Assembly: GCA_964016885.1 (NCBI GenBank)
Contig: CAXHJY010000644.1
Coordinates: 124,001-188,000, forward strand
Reading direction: 5' to 3'
From: Eledone cirrhosa
Taxonomy: Eukaryota
Length of the DNA: 64,000 bases
This document shows, in pieces, positions 1 to 11,764 of the stretch. How positions within the stretch are numbered: position 1 is the stretch's first letter; the number at the start of each line of letters is the position of its first letter. Position numbers and translations under genes: made by a program. The notes under the pieces are model-generated. The model ran no database searches. It was not told where the DNA came from and saw only the letters and a list, made by a program, of their open reading frames with translations.

Positions 1-1368
1 ACTTTGCTGACTGCTCCCCTATACATGGCTTGTACCGCTTTCACAAGCCATTCATCTACTCCTAGTTTTCTAAGAGCCCACCAGATTACTGCACGTGGAA
101 CTCTGTCAAAGGCTTTCTCAAGGTCGACAAATGCCAAGTAGAGTGGCTTACTTTTAGCTAGGTACTTTTCCTGTAATTGCCTCACAAGGAAGAGCGCATC
201 AGTGGTGCCTTTCCCTGGTACAAACCCAAATTGCATCTCGTCTATATTCACCCGGTCCCTAATCAGCTGTGCTATAACTCTTTCTGTTACTTTCATGACC
301 TGGTCCATCAACTTTATACCTCTATAGTTTCCTCTATCTAGTGCATCGCCTTTACCTTTGTAGCAGTTGACAATGATGCTACTGCACCAATCTTTTGGTA
401 TGGCCCCCTCTAGTATTACCTGGTTAACGATATGTGTGGTTATAGTGTGACCTACAGACCCAGATGCCTTCAGCATCTCGGCAGCTATACCCGATGGACC
501 GGTTGCCTTCCCTATCTTCATATCTCTGATTGCCTTACTTACTACGCTGCCGCTGACTTGTACTGCTGGTCCCTCTATAGGGTCTACGTGGGGTAGGGTC
601 TCTTCTTCCCATGCATTCTCCTCATTTAGTAATCTATCATAATGACTCTTCCATGCATCTTTCTTCTCAGCACTTGTGAGGGCAAGCTCACCTTTATCAT
701 TCCGGATACACTTCTCTCCAATGACATCACAACTATCTCTGACACACTGCCTCGCAATCTTGAATACCTCCTGTTTCTGGTCCTCACGTTGTAAAACATG
801 CTTGAATTTTCTATCCTCTGCTTCCCTCCTAGCTAAGTATACTTGTCGCCTAGCTTCCCTCTTGGTCTCTATGTAATGTACCCTGCTCCCCCCGTTCTTC
901 CATTCTTTCCATGCCTGTCTCTTGGCCTTGACTGCTTCATCTACCTTATTGTTCCACCACCAAGTCACTCTCCTCCTGCTTGAGGTCTTACTCCAGCCAC
1001 AAACCTCATCCGTCGCCTCTAGTAAGTTATTTTTTAGGAACTCCCAGTTCTCTTCTACGTTAAATGTCTCTATCTGTTCTTCTTTACTGTCGTAGGCGTT
1101 GAGTAAAATATCTTTAAATCTGTTACTGGTTGAGGGGACTTTCAGCTTCCAGATCTTTCTTCTCCAGGTTGGCCTCTGTTTCAGGGCTCGTCTAGTTCTG
1201 ACCGTGAGGTCGCTGACAACTAAGCTATGTTGGGATGTACATTCCTCACTAGGGAAGGCTTTTGTGTTTACGACCGTCCATCTGTCACGTCCTCTGATGA
1301 GGATAAAATCTAACTGACTAGAGTGCTCCCCTGATCTATAGGTGATCAGGTGGTTGTCGGGTTTTTTA
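1..1368 (-). mobile_element. RTE-clade LINE family A, 5'-truncated copy running off the window start
   Basis: Reverse complement is nearly identical to about 12652-14025 (APE end and RT); stops at GGTTTTTTAA and abuts a TACA/TA microsatellite. Confidence 0.93.
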
Positions 1369-1399
<31 letters not shown>

Positions 1400-1492
1400 C
1401 ATACACACATATATATACATACACATATATACATACATACATATACATACATACATACATATACATACATACATATACATACATACATATAC

Positions 1493-1531
<39 letters not shown>

Positions 1532-1552
1532 CATATACATACATACATATAC

Positions 1553-1614
<62 letters not shown>

Positions 1615-1957
1615 ACATATATATATATACATACATATATATATATATATACATACATATATATATACATATATATATATACATACATATATATATATAT
1701 ACATACATATATATATATATACATACATATATATATATATACATACATATATATATACATATATATATATATACATACATATATATATATACATACATAC
1801 ATATATATATATACATACATACATATATATATATACATACATACATATATATACACATATATATATATACATACATATATATATATACATACATACATAC
1901 ATATATATACATACATACATATATATACATACATACATATATATACATATACATACA
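1369..1957. repeat. (TA/TACA)n compound microsatellite
   Basis: Direct inspection. Confidence 0.97.
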
Positions 1958-1970
1958 TAACTTCATACAT

Positions 1971-4454
1971 AACAACACTAACTTCAAAAAACGTGACAAT
2001 CACCTGATCACCTATAGATCCGGGGAACACACAAGCCAGGTAGATTATATCCTTACCAGAAGACGTGACAGAGTGTCTGTTGTTAACACTAAATCCCTCC
2101 CCCATGAAGAATGCACCTCCCAACATAGACTGATAATTAGCGACCTCATAGTCAGGACGAGACGTACTCGACAACAGAAGAGGACTATCCTCAGGAGGAA
2201 AATATGGAAGTTAAAGGACCCCACAGCCAGGAATAAATTTCAAAGCATATTACTTGATGCTTTCGACAGTAAGGAAGAACATTTAGAGTCGGACAATATA
2301 GAGGGAGAGTGGGAATTTCTGAAAGCAAACCTGCTGTTGGCGACAGACGAGGTCTGTGGCTGGAGCAGGCCTGTAGGCAGGAGGAGAGTAACATGGTGGT
2401 GGAACAGTAAGGTGGAGGGGTCAATTAAGGCCAAAAAGCAGGCTTGGAAAGTATGGCGGGATGGGGGAAGTAGAGAGGACTATCAAGTGGCCAGGAGGGA
2501 AGCTAGGAGACAAGTGTACTTAGCAAGAAGGGAAGCTGAGGAAAGAAAGTTCAAGCATGTTCTACAACGCGATGACCAAAAACGTGAGGTGTTCAGGATT
2601 GCTAGGCAATGCGTCAAGGAAAACCGTGATATTGTCGGGGAGAAGTGTGTACTAAACGACGATGGCACACTTGCCATCACCGACGCTGATAAGAAGGTAG
2701 CTTGGAAGTGTCACTATGAAAGGCTTCTAAATGAGGAGAATAATTGGGAGAAAGGCAGTCTCCCCCATATCGACCCAATAGAGGGACCAGCAGTGTTAGT
2801 CGAGGGGAGTATAATAAGTAAGGCAATCAAGGATATGAAGACTGGTAAGGCGGCTGGGCCTTCGGAAATAGTTGCTGAGATGCTGAAGGCATCTGGCACG
2901 GTGGGACACACCATGGTCACCCGCATAGTTAACCAAGTCGTACAAAACGGGGTTGTTCCGAAGGACTGGCATAGCAGCATCATCGTTAACTGTTATAAGG
3001 GTAAAGGAGACGCCCTAGATAGGAGTAACTATAGAGGCATTAAATTAATCGACCAGGTCATGAAGGTCACGGAAAGAGTAATAGCGCAACTAATCAGAGA
3101 GAGAATTGACCTAGATGAAATGCAGTTCGGGTTTGTGTCAGGCAAAAGTACCACAGACGCTCTTTTCATAGTACGACAACTACAAGAGAAGTACCTAGCT
3201 AAAGGTAAACCCCTCTACTTAGCTTTTGTCGACTTGGAGAAAGCCTTCGACAGAGTCCCCCGCTCCATTATCTGGTGGGCTCTTAGAAAACTAGGCGTTG
3301 ACGAATGGCTTGTGAGGGCTATACAAGCCATGTATAAAGAAACAGTCAGCAAGGTTAGAATTAACAACGAATATAGTGAAGAGTTTAGCGTAAAAGTCGG
3401 CGTCCATCAGGGCTCTGTTCTCAGTCCACTACTATTTATTATTGCCCTTCAGGCCATAACAGAGGAGTTCAAGACAGGCTGCCCATGGGAACTCCTATAC
3501 GCAGACGACCTGACACTCATAGCGGAATCAATGGCCGAACTAGAGAAGAAATTCCAAACATGGAAGCACGGCCTAGAGTCAAAAGGACTTAAAATTAACC
3601 TGGCTAAGACCAAAGTACTAGTTTGTAGGAAAGAAAACAAGGCGGCGGTCCCTTCTGGGAAATGGTCGTGCTCGGTGTGTAGGAAAGGCGTAGGTAGAAA
3701 CTCCATTTTATGTCCTAAATGCAAAGTATGGGTGCATAAAAGATGTAGTGGGATCACAGGTAGGCTAACTAAGAACATAGATTTTACATGTGGCCGGTGC
3801 TCTGGTGCAATAAGTAGCAGCAAGTGCCCACAAACTACTAGCTCTTTCAATTGCGCAGAGGGTTCTATAGAAATAGTGGACAGCTTCCGTTACCTGGGCG
3901 ATAAAATCAGCAGTGGGGGAGGGTGCTCTGAAAGTACTATAGCTAGAGTCAGAACTGGTTGGAAAAAGTTCAGAGAGCTTATACCACTATTAGCTGCTAA
4001 AGGGTTCTCACTAAAAATGAAAGGCAGGTTGTACGATGCCTGCATACGAACAGCAATGCTGCATGGCAGTGAGACCTGGGCATTGTGTGCAGAGGATATA
4101 CGCAGACTAGAGAGGAACGAAGCTTGCATGCTCCGCTGGATGTGTAACAGTAATATACGTGAACGGCAAAGCATAAACGAACTAAGGAATAAATTAGAGA
4201 TAAGAGGGATCAGATGTTGTTTACTCGAGAGAAGGCTACGCTGGTATGGACACGTGATGCGCATGAAAGTCGATAGCTGTATAACAAAGTGCAGGGCAAT
4301 AAAGATAGACGGTAGTCACGGAATAGGCAGACCTAGAAAAACCTGGGACGAGCTGATAAACTCCGACATCACACACTTACACCTCTCCAAGACAATGTCA
4401 CTGGACCGAGACCTTTGGCGGTACTCAGTAACAGAGAAGACCCGCCTTACCTAA
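1971..4454 (+). CDS. RTE ORF remnant: APE C-terminus, reverse transcriptase and PHD-like finger
   Basis: Real part of ORF 1350..4454: SQVDYIL/SQHRL (APE), [59 protein letters not shown]. Confidence 0.9.
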   Translation, partial: NNTNFKKRDNHLITYRSGEHTSQVDYILTRRRDRVSVVNTKSLPHEECTSQHRLIISDLIVRTRRTRQQKRTILRRKIWKLKDPTARNKFQSILLDAFDSKEEHLESDNIEGEWEFLKANLLLATDEVCGWSRPVGRRRVTWWWNSKVEGSIKAKKQAWKVWRDGGSREDYQVARREARRQVYLARREAEERKFKHVLQRDDQKREVFRIARQCVKENRDIVGEKCVLNDDGTLAITDADKKVAWKCHYERLLNEENNWEKGSLPHIDPIEGPAVLVEGSIISKAIKDMKTGKAAGPSEIVAEMLKASGTVGHTMVTRIVNQVVQNGVVPKDWHSSIIVNCYKGKGDALDRSNYRGIKLIDQVMKVTERVIAQLIRERIDLDEMQFGFVSGKSTTDALFIVRQLQEKYLAKGKPLYLAFVDLEKAFDRVPRSIIWWALRKLGVDEWLVRAIQAMYKETVSKVRINNEYSEEFSVKVGVHQGSVLSPLLFIIALQAITEEFKTGCPWELLYADDLTLIAESMAELEKKFQTWKHGLESKGLKINLAKTKVLVCRKENKAAVPSGKWSCSVCRKGVGRNSILCPKCKVWVHKRCSGITGRLTKNIDFTCGRCSGAISSSKCPQTTSSFNCAEGSIEIVDSFRYLGDKISSGGGCSESTIARVRTGWKKFRELIPLLAAKGFSLKMKGRLYDACIRTAMLHGSETWALCAEDIRRLERNEACMLRWMCNSNIRERQSINELRNKLEIRGIRCCLLERRLRWYGHVMRMKVDSCITKCRAIKIDGSHGIGRPRKTWDELINSDITHLHLSKTMSLDRDLWRYSVTEKTRLT

Positions 4455-4848
4455 ATATATAGTAAAACCTACTCCAGCCAGTAGGCATCTCTAACAAATA
4501 CACCCCGTCCCACCACCCCCACCCGATCCACACCACCCCGTTCTATGTAAAGTTATGTTGGTGCCGCGCCATCGAGGCCGAAACAAATGAGATCGTGTAG
4601 GTGTCACGACAAAAAACACACAGTCCACGCTGTAACGTGGCCGTGTAGGCAACACGGTAAAAACCTCCCAGACCCACACTGTAAATGTGGTTGGTGTTAG
4701 GAAGGGCATCCAACTGTAGAAAACCTGCCAGACAGTCCTATGCGAGCAAGACAATCACTCTTGCCTCAAGTGGGACTACCCCCGTCCAAACCCATGCAAG
4801 CGTGGAACACGGACGTTAAACGCTGATGATGATGATGATGATGATGAT
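1971..4848 (+). mobile_element. RTE-clade LINE family B, 5'-truncated, with 3' UTR and (GAT)n tail
   Basis: RT ORF followed by a UTR containing GTGTTAGGAAGGGCATCC and a (GAT)n tail at 4824-4848; paralogous to family A. Confidence 0.92.
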
Positions 4849-4892
4849 ACATATATATATATATATATACATACATATACATACATATATAT

Positions 4893-4971
4893 ATGATGGC
4901 TGCCCCCTCGTTATCGAGTATGGCCATTGCACAATAAAAAAAAAAAAAAAAAAAAAAAATAAAAAAAAATA

Positions 4972-5017
<46 letters not shown>

Positions 5018-5096
5018 GCAATAATAATAATGACGACAACAACAATAATAATATACATATTCATATATATATACACACACACGCACGCACATAAGC

Positions 5097-5134
<38 letters not shown>

Positions 5135-6957
5135 GATAGCAACTAACAGTGCTGCGATCGAATGTGGCTTTTTAGCCCAGCCAATGATCCAAAATGTCTT
5201 GCACAGAGTCGGCAACCAAAACATTTACTGGGAATAGTCGGCTGTGGTTGGAGTTCGTGTACTTTTGCATGTCGCTTGAGTCCTCCTGCTGATTTACATT
5301 CTCTACCACATGTTTGGCAAGCATGATGAGTAGCATCTCCAACAGCAGCCTGGTAGTCAACCACTGGTCTTACTTTATGACTGCGAAGATGACTTTCGAG
5401 TCCAGCTTTGCTTAGGCAGAGTCTCGCACAGACGCTGCATGTCAGAAACATAGGAGGACCCTCGCCGTCTGGAAGTGCAACAGCAATACCCTTCCTCACG
5501 TCCCGCTTTACTTTCTCGTGTGCGATTCGAGATGCCTCAAAGGCAACTTTTCCCTCATATACAGTCTTTCTCCATTTATTACGATCAGCAGCAATATTTT
5601 CCCATGTATCAGCAGAGATGTTAGCGTCTTTCAGAGAGGCCTTCAAGGAATCCTTATACCTCTTTTTTGGTTTATGTGGCGGTCGTTTTCCTTTAACCAA
5701 CTCTCCATAGAAGAGTTGTTTTGGTATTCTAGAATCCTTCATCCTGGCAAGGTGACCACTCCAACGGAGTCGCTGCTTAAGCACAAGAGCTTCTATACTG
5801 TCACACATAGAGCTTTCCAAAATCTCGACATCACTGATGTGGTCCCTCCAGCGAACGCCATGTATCCGTCCGAGACACATCTGATGGAAACGCTCCAATT
5901 GCTTAAGGTGGCGTCGATATGTGACCCAGGTCTCGCAGGCATAAAGAAGACAAGAGAGTACACATGCCCTGTACACCTTTACCTTTGTCCTCCTGCATAT
6001 GTCTCGCCGACCCCAGAGTCGCCTTTCTAGCTTTCCGAAAGCATCACTTGCTTTCCTAATCCTAAGTGAGATTTCACTGTCAAGGTTGCCGTATCGATTG
6101 ACAGTGCTTCCCAGGTAGACAAACTGATCAACCACTCCAAGTCGTCTGCCATACACATAGATGTTTGGTTCAGTGTACTGCCTACCAGGTGCAGGTTGGT
6201 ACATGACGACGGTTTTCTTGAGACTGACAGTCAAACCCAGGGCAGTGCAAGCGTCAGAAAATACATTCAAAATGTGCTGCATATCACTCTCTGTGTGCGC
6301 TACAAGATCGCAATCATCTGCATACAAGAGGTCTCTTATGACTGATGTAAATACTTTTGTCTTCGCAGCAAAGCGCCTGATGTTAAATATGCTGCCTGAG
6401 GTTCGATATCGGATGTAAACACCATGCTCGCAATTCCTGAATGCAATACAGAAAACCATTGCAAAGTATATGGCAAACAGGGTCGGTGCTGGAATATCCC
6501 CCTGTTTCACTCCATTTTTTACTGAGATAGGCTCCGACATGTTACCTCCGACATTAACCCAAGCCTTCATGTCGTCATGGAAAGACCTAACTAAAGCAAG
6601 GAACTTATCAGGGCAACCAAGTTTCTGGAGAACCTTCCATAATGCATCTCTGTTGACAGTATCGAAAGCCTTTGTCAGATCGACAAAAACCTGATACAGA
6701 TCCAAGCCCTGTTCAATGCACTTCTCCTGGAGCTGTCCAGCTGAGAAGATCATATCAGTAGTGCCGCGTCCAACACGAAAACCAGATTGACTTTCAGGAA
6801 GGACACAATCTGCAATGTGTGTCAGCAGACGGTCCAGAAGCACCCTACATAAAACTTTCCCCACGACAGAAAGCAATGATATACCTCTGTAGTTCCCACA
6901 ATCATTCCTGTTACCCTTTCCCTTGTACAAGACCACCATTACTGCATCTCTCCAGTC
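4893..6957 (-). mobile_element. RTE (BovB-like) LINE family C, 5'-truncated
   Basis: RT ORF, then microsatellite-filled 3' UTR and terminal stem-loop GGCCATACTCGATAACGAGGGGGCAGCCATCAT. Confidence 0.85.
5143..6939 (-). CDS. RTE reverse transcriptase with three C-terminal C2H2 zinc fingers (598 aa, no APE)
   Basis: NYRGISLL, FVDLTKAFD, GVKQG, LLYADD, FVYLGS, RLRWSGHL; CSVC..HLRSH, CQTC..HAKVH, CRLC..HIRSQH. Confidence 0.92.
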   Translation of the reverse strand: MVVLYKGKGNRNDCGNYRGISLLSVVGKVLCRVLLDRLLTHIADCVLPESQSGFRVGRGTTDMIFSAGQLQEKCIEQGLDLYQVFVDLTKAFDTVNRDALWKVLQKLGCPDKFLALVRSFHDDMKAWVNVGGNMSEPISVKNGVKQGDIPAPTLFAIYFAMVFCIAFRNCEHGVYIRYRTSGSIFNIRRFAAKTKVFTSVIRDLLYADDCDLVAHTESDMQHILNVFSDACTALGLTVSLKKTVVMYQPAPGRQYTEPNIYVYGRRLGVVDQFVYLGSTVNRYGNLDSEISLRIRKASDAFGKLERRLWGRRDICRRTKVKVYRACVLSCLLYACETWVTYRRHLKQLERFHQMCLGRIHGVRWRDHISDVEILESSMCDSIEALVLKQRLRWSGHLARMKDSRIPKQLFYGELVKGKRPPHKPKKRYKDSLKASLKDANISADTWENIAADRNKWRKTVYEGKVAFEASRIAHEKVKRDVRKGIAVALPDGEGPPMFLTCSVCARLCLSKAGLESHLRSHKVRPVVDYQAAVGDATHHACQTCGRECKSAGGLKRHAKVHELQPQPTIPSKCFGCRLCARHFGSLAGLKSHIRSQHC

Positions 6958-7530
6958 TTATATCCATGTAGGAGAACTCCTACCGATGCGCTGAATGAGT
7001 GTGAGTTCCTAGTCCAGCCAACGACTTGAAAACTCTGGTACAAACACTACAATTGTGACAATTATTGACACATAGTGCTGGGCCCATGGTACCATGTGAC
7101 GACAAGTGCAGAGAGATCTCCAGATATAAAGCAATGCCTGTGCCGTGAAGCTTTTATAGTGAGCAAAGGCACTGCACAAAGGCAGTCCCACTCTCTTAAC
7201 CAAGATGATATTTACCAAAAAGAAGCACAAGTCAACATCATTGGATACCATCAGAGTTGCAGGTGTTATATCGGAGTGTTCCTTCTCCTAGAATTCTGCC
7301 TTGACAATAGCTAAGGGGTCATCTCTCCCGGTGATTTTGGATGGCCATTGACTCTTAAGAGCTCCTTTGCCCTTTGACAGGTTTTGTTTTTATTCCTGCA
7401 GGATGTCCAAAGTCACCCTCCTCACCAAGAAACCTTGGTGGGGTTGCCAGTTTAGTCGCCAACGACCCGACCATGAGTCAGGTTGTACTGGGATACATGT
7501 TACCAGTAGCACCAACTGGTGACCTGACAT
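6958..7530 (-). mobile_element. RTE 5'-UTR-like non-coding module joined to the RT fragment
   Basis: Highly similar to 16940-17464; diverged third copy at about 54040-54260. Confidence 0.7.
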
Positions 7531-7735
7531 AATATATACATAGATACATACATACATGTATATATATATACATATATACATACATATATATATATATACA
7601 TATATATATATACATACATACATATATACATATATATATATACATACATACATATATACATATATATATATACATACATACATATATACATACATATATA
7701 CATACATATATACATACATACATACATACATATAT

Positions 7736-10649
7736 ATCATCATCATCATCATCATCACCGTTTTACGTCCGTTCTTCCACGCTAGCATGGGTTAGACGGG
7801 TTGTCCTGTTGTGGGCAGTGTCTGGTCGGCTGACCATGCCTTGCTCATACAGGAACTGATCTGGCTTGATTTCTACAGCTGGATGCCCTTCCTAACACCA
7901 ACCTCATTTACAGTGAGTGCTGGGTGCTTTTTCGTGGCGCCTACACGTCCACTTTACAGTGTGGGCTGGGTGCTTTTTTGCCGTGGCACCTCCACGACCA
8001 CCTTGCGGTGGGGGGGGGGGGGCATATTGTTTATATGCTTCAGCATGTACCCATGGGAGGTCGGGTACCCTGTATTACTGCGTGACGCCAGAAGTCACGG
8101 TCGTGTGTCATTGACTTTGAGAGGTGTAGTTGGGTAAGGTCGGCTTTTATCACCTCATCCCAAGTCATCTTGGGTCTCCCCACTCCGCGGTTTCCATCAA
8201 CTTCTAGTGCTCTGCACCTTTTTATGCAGCTGTCATCCTTCATACGCATCACATGTCCATACCAGCGTAACCGCCTCTCCTGCACGCAGCATTTGATTCC
8301 TCTTATGCTCAGTCTCTCTCTCAATTCATTTATGCTTTGTCGTTCACGTATATTACTGTTACACATCCATCGGAGCATGCAGGCTTCGTTTCTCTCTAAT
8401 CTACGTAAGTCTTCCACCTTCAGCGCCCAGGTCTCACTACCATGCAACATCGCTGTTCGGATACACGCATCATACAGTCTGCCTTTCATTCTGAGGGAGA
8501 AGCCTTTTGCAGCTAGCAGTGGTAGTAGTTCCCTAAACTTCTTCCATCCCGTTCTTACCCTAGTTATTGTACTTTCTGAGCACCCACCTCCGTTGCTAAT
8601 TCGGTCACCTAGGTAGCAGAAGCTGTCTACTGTTTCTACAGGGCCCTCCCAGAGATTGGTGGTACTTGTTTCCTGTGGCTGTTTGCTTGCTGTTTCAGCA
8701 CAGCTGCTGCATGTGAATCCTACATTCTTAATTAAGCTTCCTGAGATCCCGCTACATCTCTTGTGTACCCATTGTTTGCATTTGGGGCAAAGAATGGAGT
8801 TCCTACCTACACCTTTCCTACATACTGAGCAAGGCCATTTCCCTGAGGGGATCTGGGTTCTGTTTTCTCGTCTACTTATAAGGACCTTAGTCTTTGTCAT
8901 GTTGACTTTGAGGCCCTTTCTCTCTAGTCCCTGCTTCCAGGTTTGGAATTTATTCTCTAGTTCTACCATAGATTCAGCTATGAGTGCGAGGTCATCAGCA
9001 TACAGGAGTTCCCATGGGCATCCGGTCTTAAACTCCTCCGTTATTGCCTGCAGGACTATGATGAACAGGAGAGGGCTAAGAACAGAGCCCTGGTGGACCC
9101 CAACCTGTACGCTAAATTCCTCGCTATACTCATTGCCAATCCTAACTTTGCTGACTGCTCCCCTATACATGGCTTGTACCGCTTTCACAAGCCATTCATC
9201 TACTCCTAGTTTTCTAAGAGCCCACCAGATTACTGCACGTGGAACTCTGTCAAAGGCTTTCTCAAGGTCGACAAATGCCAAGTAGAGTGGCTTACTTTTA
9301 GCTAGGTACTTTTCCTGTAATTGCCTCACAAGGAAGAGCGCATCAGTGGTGCCTTTCCCTGGAACAAACCCAAATTGCATCTCGTCTATATTCACCCGGT
9401 CCCTAATCAGCTGTGCTATAACTCTTTCTGTTACTTTCATGACCTGGTCCATCAACTTTATACCTCTATAGTTTCCTCTATCTAGTGCATCGCCTTTACC
9501 TTTGTAGCAGTTGACAATGATGCTACTGCACCAATCTTTTGGTATGGCCCCCTCTAGTATTACCTGGTTAACGATACGTGTGGTTATAGTGTGAACTACA
9601 GACCCAGATGCCTTCAGCATCTCGGCAGCTATACCCGATGGACCGGTTGCCTTCCCTATCTTCATATCTCTGATTGCCTTACTTACTACGCTGCCGCTGA
9701 CTTGTACTGCTGGTCCCTCTATAGGGTCTACGTGGGGTAGGGTCTCTTCCCATGCATTCTCCTCATTTAGTAATCTATCATAATGACTCTTCCATGCATC
9801 TTTCTTCTCAGCACTTGTGAGGGCAAGCTCACCTTTATCATTCCGGATACACTTCTCTCCAATGACATCACAACTATCTCTGACACACTGCCTCGCAATC
9901 TTGAATACCTCCTGTTTCTGGTCCTCACGTTGTAAAACATGCTTGAATTTTCTATCCTCTGCTTCCCTCCTAGCTAAGTATACTTGTCGCCTAGCTTCCC
10001 TCTTGGTCTCTATGTAATGTACCCTGCTCCCCCCGTTCTTCCATTCTTTCCATGCCTGTCTCTTGGCCTTGACTGCTTCATCTACCTTATTGTTCCACCA
10101 CCAAGTCACTCTCCTCCTGCTTGAGGTCTTACTCCAGCCACAAACCTCATCCGTCGCCTCTAGTAAGTTATTTTTTAGGAACTCCCAGTTCTCTTCTACG
10201 TTAAATGTCTCTATCTGTTCTTCTTTACTGTCGTAGGCGTTGAGTAAAATATCTTTAAATCTGTTACTGGTTGAGGGGACTTTCAGCTTCCAGATCTTTC
10301 TTCTCCAGGTTGGCCTCTGTTTCAGGGCTCGTCTAGTTCTGACCGTGAGGTCGCTGACAACTAAGCTATGTTGGGATGTACATTCCTCACTAGGGAAGGC
10401 TTTTGTGTTTACGACCGTCCATCTGTCACGTCCTCTGATGAGGATAAAATCTAACTGACTAGAGTGCTCCCCTGATCTATAGGTGATCAGGTGGTTGTCG
10501 GGTTTTTTAAAGTTTGTGTTACATATCGACATGTCATTGGCGTCGCAGAATTCTAGAAGTCTGAATCCTTCCTCATTCCTTGTGCCAACTCCATGGCCTC
10601 CATGTACTCTATTGAAGCCGTCGCAGTGTTTACCTACGTGTCCGTTAAA
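7736..10649 (-). mobile_element. RTE LINE family A, 5'-truncated copy
   Basis: Near-identical inverted copy of about 12513-15428 including the (GAT)n tail; both ends in TA/TACA microsatellite. The real part of ORF 8040..10877 starts at FNGHVG. Confidence 0.95.
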
Positions 10650-10687
10650 TACATATATATACATACATACATATATACATACATATT

Positions 10688-10725
<38 letters not shown>

Positions 10726-10794
10726 CATACATATATACATACATATTTACATACATATATATATATATATACATACATACATATATACATATAT

Positions 10795-11764
10795 ATATTG
10801 AAGAGATAAGACACTTTGCCATTCTTCTCTGCTAAAATGTACCAGTAGAGCTGATTCAAATTTTCCCAGCCAGCCATCCACCTAATCTACGAAGGTATTT
10901 TAGCCTACATATTGTCGTTAATATTATGATGTTCCCTGCTGTATTAGCGTTAAATTTTCCCTGCTGTATTAGCGATAAATTTTCGAGGGTTTCTCTTAGT
11001 AGCTTTTTCATGTCGTTAATATTATGATGTTCCCTGCTGTATTAGCGTTAAATTTTCCCTGCTGTATTAGCGATAAATTTTCGAGGGTTTCTCTTAGTAG
11101 CTTTTTCATGTCGTTAATATTATGATGTTCCCTGCTGTATTAGCGTTAAATTTTCCCTGCTGTATTAGCGATAAATTTTCGAGGGTTTCTCTTAGTAGCT
11201 TTTTTCATGACGTTATTATTGTTAATTTTACTGATGTAGTATTAACTTATTAACTTGGATATTTACCATGCGGTATTCTAATCCTATTGTATCTCTCTCA
11301 GTTCCTACCCCCCCCCCTCTATGCACTTCTTTAAGGCTTACTACCCTGTCTTTAACCTAATTCATTCAATCTGAAAATATTGAAGAGATAAGACACTTTG
11401 CCATTCTTCTCTGCTAAAATGTACCAGTAGAGCTGATTCAAATTTTCCCAGCCAGCCATCCACCTAATCTACGAAGGTATTTTAGCCTACATATTGTCGT
11501 TAATATTATGATGTTCCCTGCTGTATTAGCGTTAAATTTTCCCTGCTGTATTAGCGATAAATTTTCGAGGGTTTCTCTTAGTAGCTTTTTCATGTCGTTA
11601 ATATTATGATGTTCCCTGCTGTATTAGCGTTAAATTTTCCCTGCTGTATTAGCGATAAATTTTCGAGGGTTTCTCTTAGTAGCTTTTTCATGTCGTTATT
11701 ATTGTTAATTTTACTGATGTAGTATTAACTTGGATATTTACCATGCGACCCTCAGTTCCTACCT
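10795..11764. repeat. Partial tandem duplication (period about 582 bp, about 1.6 copies) with internal ~98-bp subrepeats
   Basis: ATATTGAAGAGATAAGACAC at 10795 and 11377; TGTCGTTAATATTATGATGTTCCCTGCTG subrepeat 3x then 2x. Confidence 0.88.

Noticed and set aside
8170-9285. Antisense ORFs over RTE and Helitron coding regions
   Set aside because: Shadow ORFs with no recognisable motifs
10650-10877. N-terminal extension of ORF 8040..10877 (and likewise of 1350..4454 and 31744..33720)
   Set aside because: Chance read-through from flanking repeats into 5'-truncated elements
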